A stretch of 46,546 bases of DNA from Myxococcota bacterium (lineage in GTDB: Bacteria; Myxococcota_A; Polyangia; Polyangiales; Sandaracinaceae). Shown here piece after piece: positions 46,096-46,546 of this stretch. The stretch covers positions 1 through 46,546 of the forward strand of contig JAYZQJ010000167.1 in NCBI GenBank assembly GCA_036149055.1, in the 5' to 3' direction. The stretch's first letter is position 1. Each line of letters starts with the position of its first letter. Position numbers and translations under genes: made by a program. The notes beneath the pieces were generated by a model. That model was given only the letters and a program-made list of their open reading frames with translations. It searched no databases and was not told where the DNA came from.

Positions 46096-46546
46096 GTGAC
46101 TCTCGCTCTCATGACCCACTCTCGCTCTCTCCCCTGGCTTCTCTGCCTCGCGCTCGCGGGCTTCGGCGTGGCCGGCTGCGACACCGGCGGTGACCGGCCG
46201 GACTCGGGCGCCGGCGACGCCGACGTGCCGTCGGGCGGTGACTTCGACGAAGACACCATCAGCGACGACGACGAGCTCCGCGCCGACCGCATCGACACCG
46301 ACGGCGACGGCATCGAGGACTGGCGCGACACCGACTCGGACGGCGACGGCCTGCTCGACATCGACGAGGCGGGCGACCTCCGGCTCGACACGCCGCCGAT
46401 CGACTCCGACCTCGACGGCGCGCCCGACTACCGGGACACGGACTCGGACAACAACGGCTACCCGGACGGCGTCGAGGGGGTGGGTGACTTCGATCTCGAC
46501 GGCATCCCGAACTACCGGGACCTCGACGACGACAACGACCTCGCGC
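46096..46546 (+). CDS. Lipoprotein with Asp-rich thrombospondin type-3-like Ca-binding repeats (CglD-like), truncated by the window end
   Basis: GGAGG RBS before GTG 46096 (or ATG 46111); lipobox [42 protein letters not shown]. Absent from the ORF track because it has no stop in the window. Confidence 0.8.
   Translation, partial: MTLALMTHSRSLPWLLCLALAGFGVAGCDTGGDRPDSGAGDADVPSGGDFDEDTISDDDELRADRIDTDGDGIEDWRDTDSDGDGLLDIDEAGDLRLDTPPIDSDLDGAPDYRDTDSDNNGYPDGVEGVGDFDLDGIPNYRDLDDDNDLA

Overview
Very GC-rich bacterial chromosomal segment. Gene content points to a myxobacterium (Myxococcota, Polyangia/Sandaracinaceae-like; inference): giant TPR protein, myxosortase-type protease, three Ser/Thr kinases, PEGA/TPR proteins and many Cys- and DAG-repeat lipoproteins. 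Left half (1-23.4 kb) is mostly housekeeping: 1.8-kaa TPR protein, CAP-domain protein, ygfZ-erpA, an RpoH-family sigma factor, a CPBP protease-HAD-nadC-birA operon, dnaG-rpoD-tRNA-Ile2(CAT), and a tolQ-tolR-tolA...tolB cluster interrupted by an inverted Rpn/YhgA nuclease gene and a Ysc84/SYLF lipoprotein, preceded by a short RlmN-like radical SAM gene. Right half is accessory signalling/envelope DNA: two tandem kinases; a divergent cassette (lipoprotein <- TPR/PEGA <- kinase | GAFTGA-less FHA-AAA-HTH regulator -> lipoprotein) whose two flanking lipoproteins share an N-terminal motif; a lipoprotein with a candidate sigma54 promoter; a coupled MoxR/RavA-like AAA + vWA pair with long helical extensions; a Sel1-like protein; a PQQ-propeller/VIT/vWA fusion lipoprotein; and the start of a TSP3-like repeat lipoprotein. 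Non-coding highlights: a 31-bp hairpin tandem repeat, a 26-bp dyad beside a -35 box upstream of the RpoH-like gene, REP-like hairpins after the tRNA, an intragenic RBS+ATG in rpn, and four TAnnCT-N6-start (leaderless-type) signatures. No CRISPR array, prophage or integrase seen. All calls are by eye; no searches were run.
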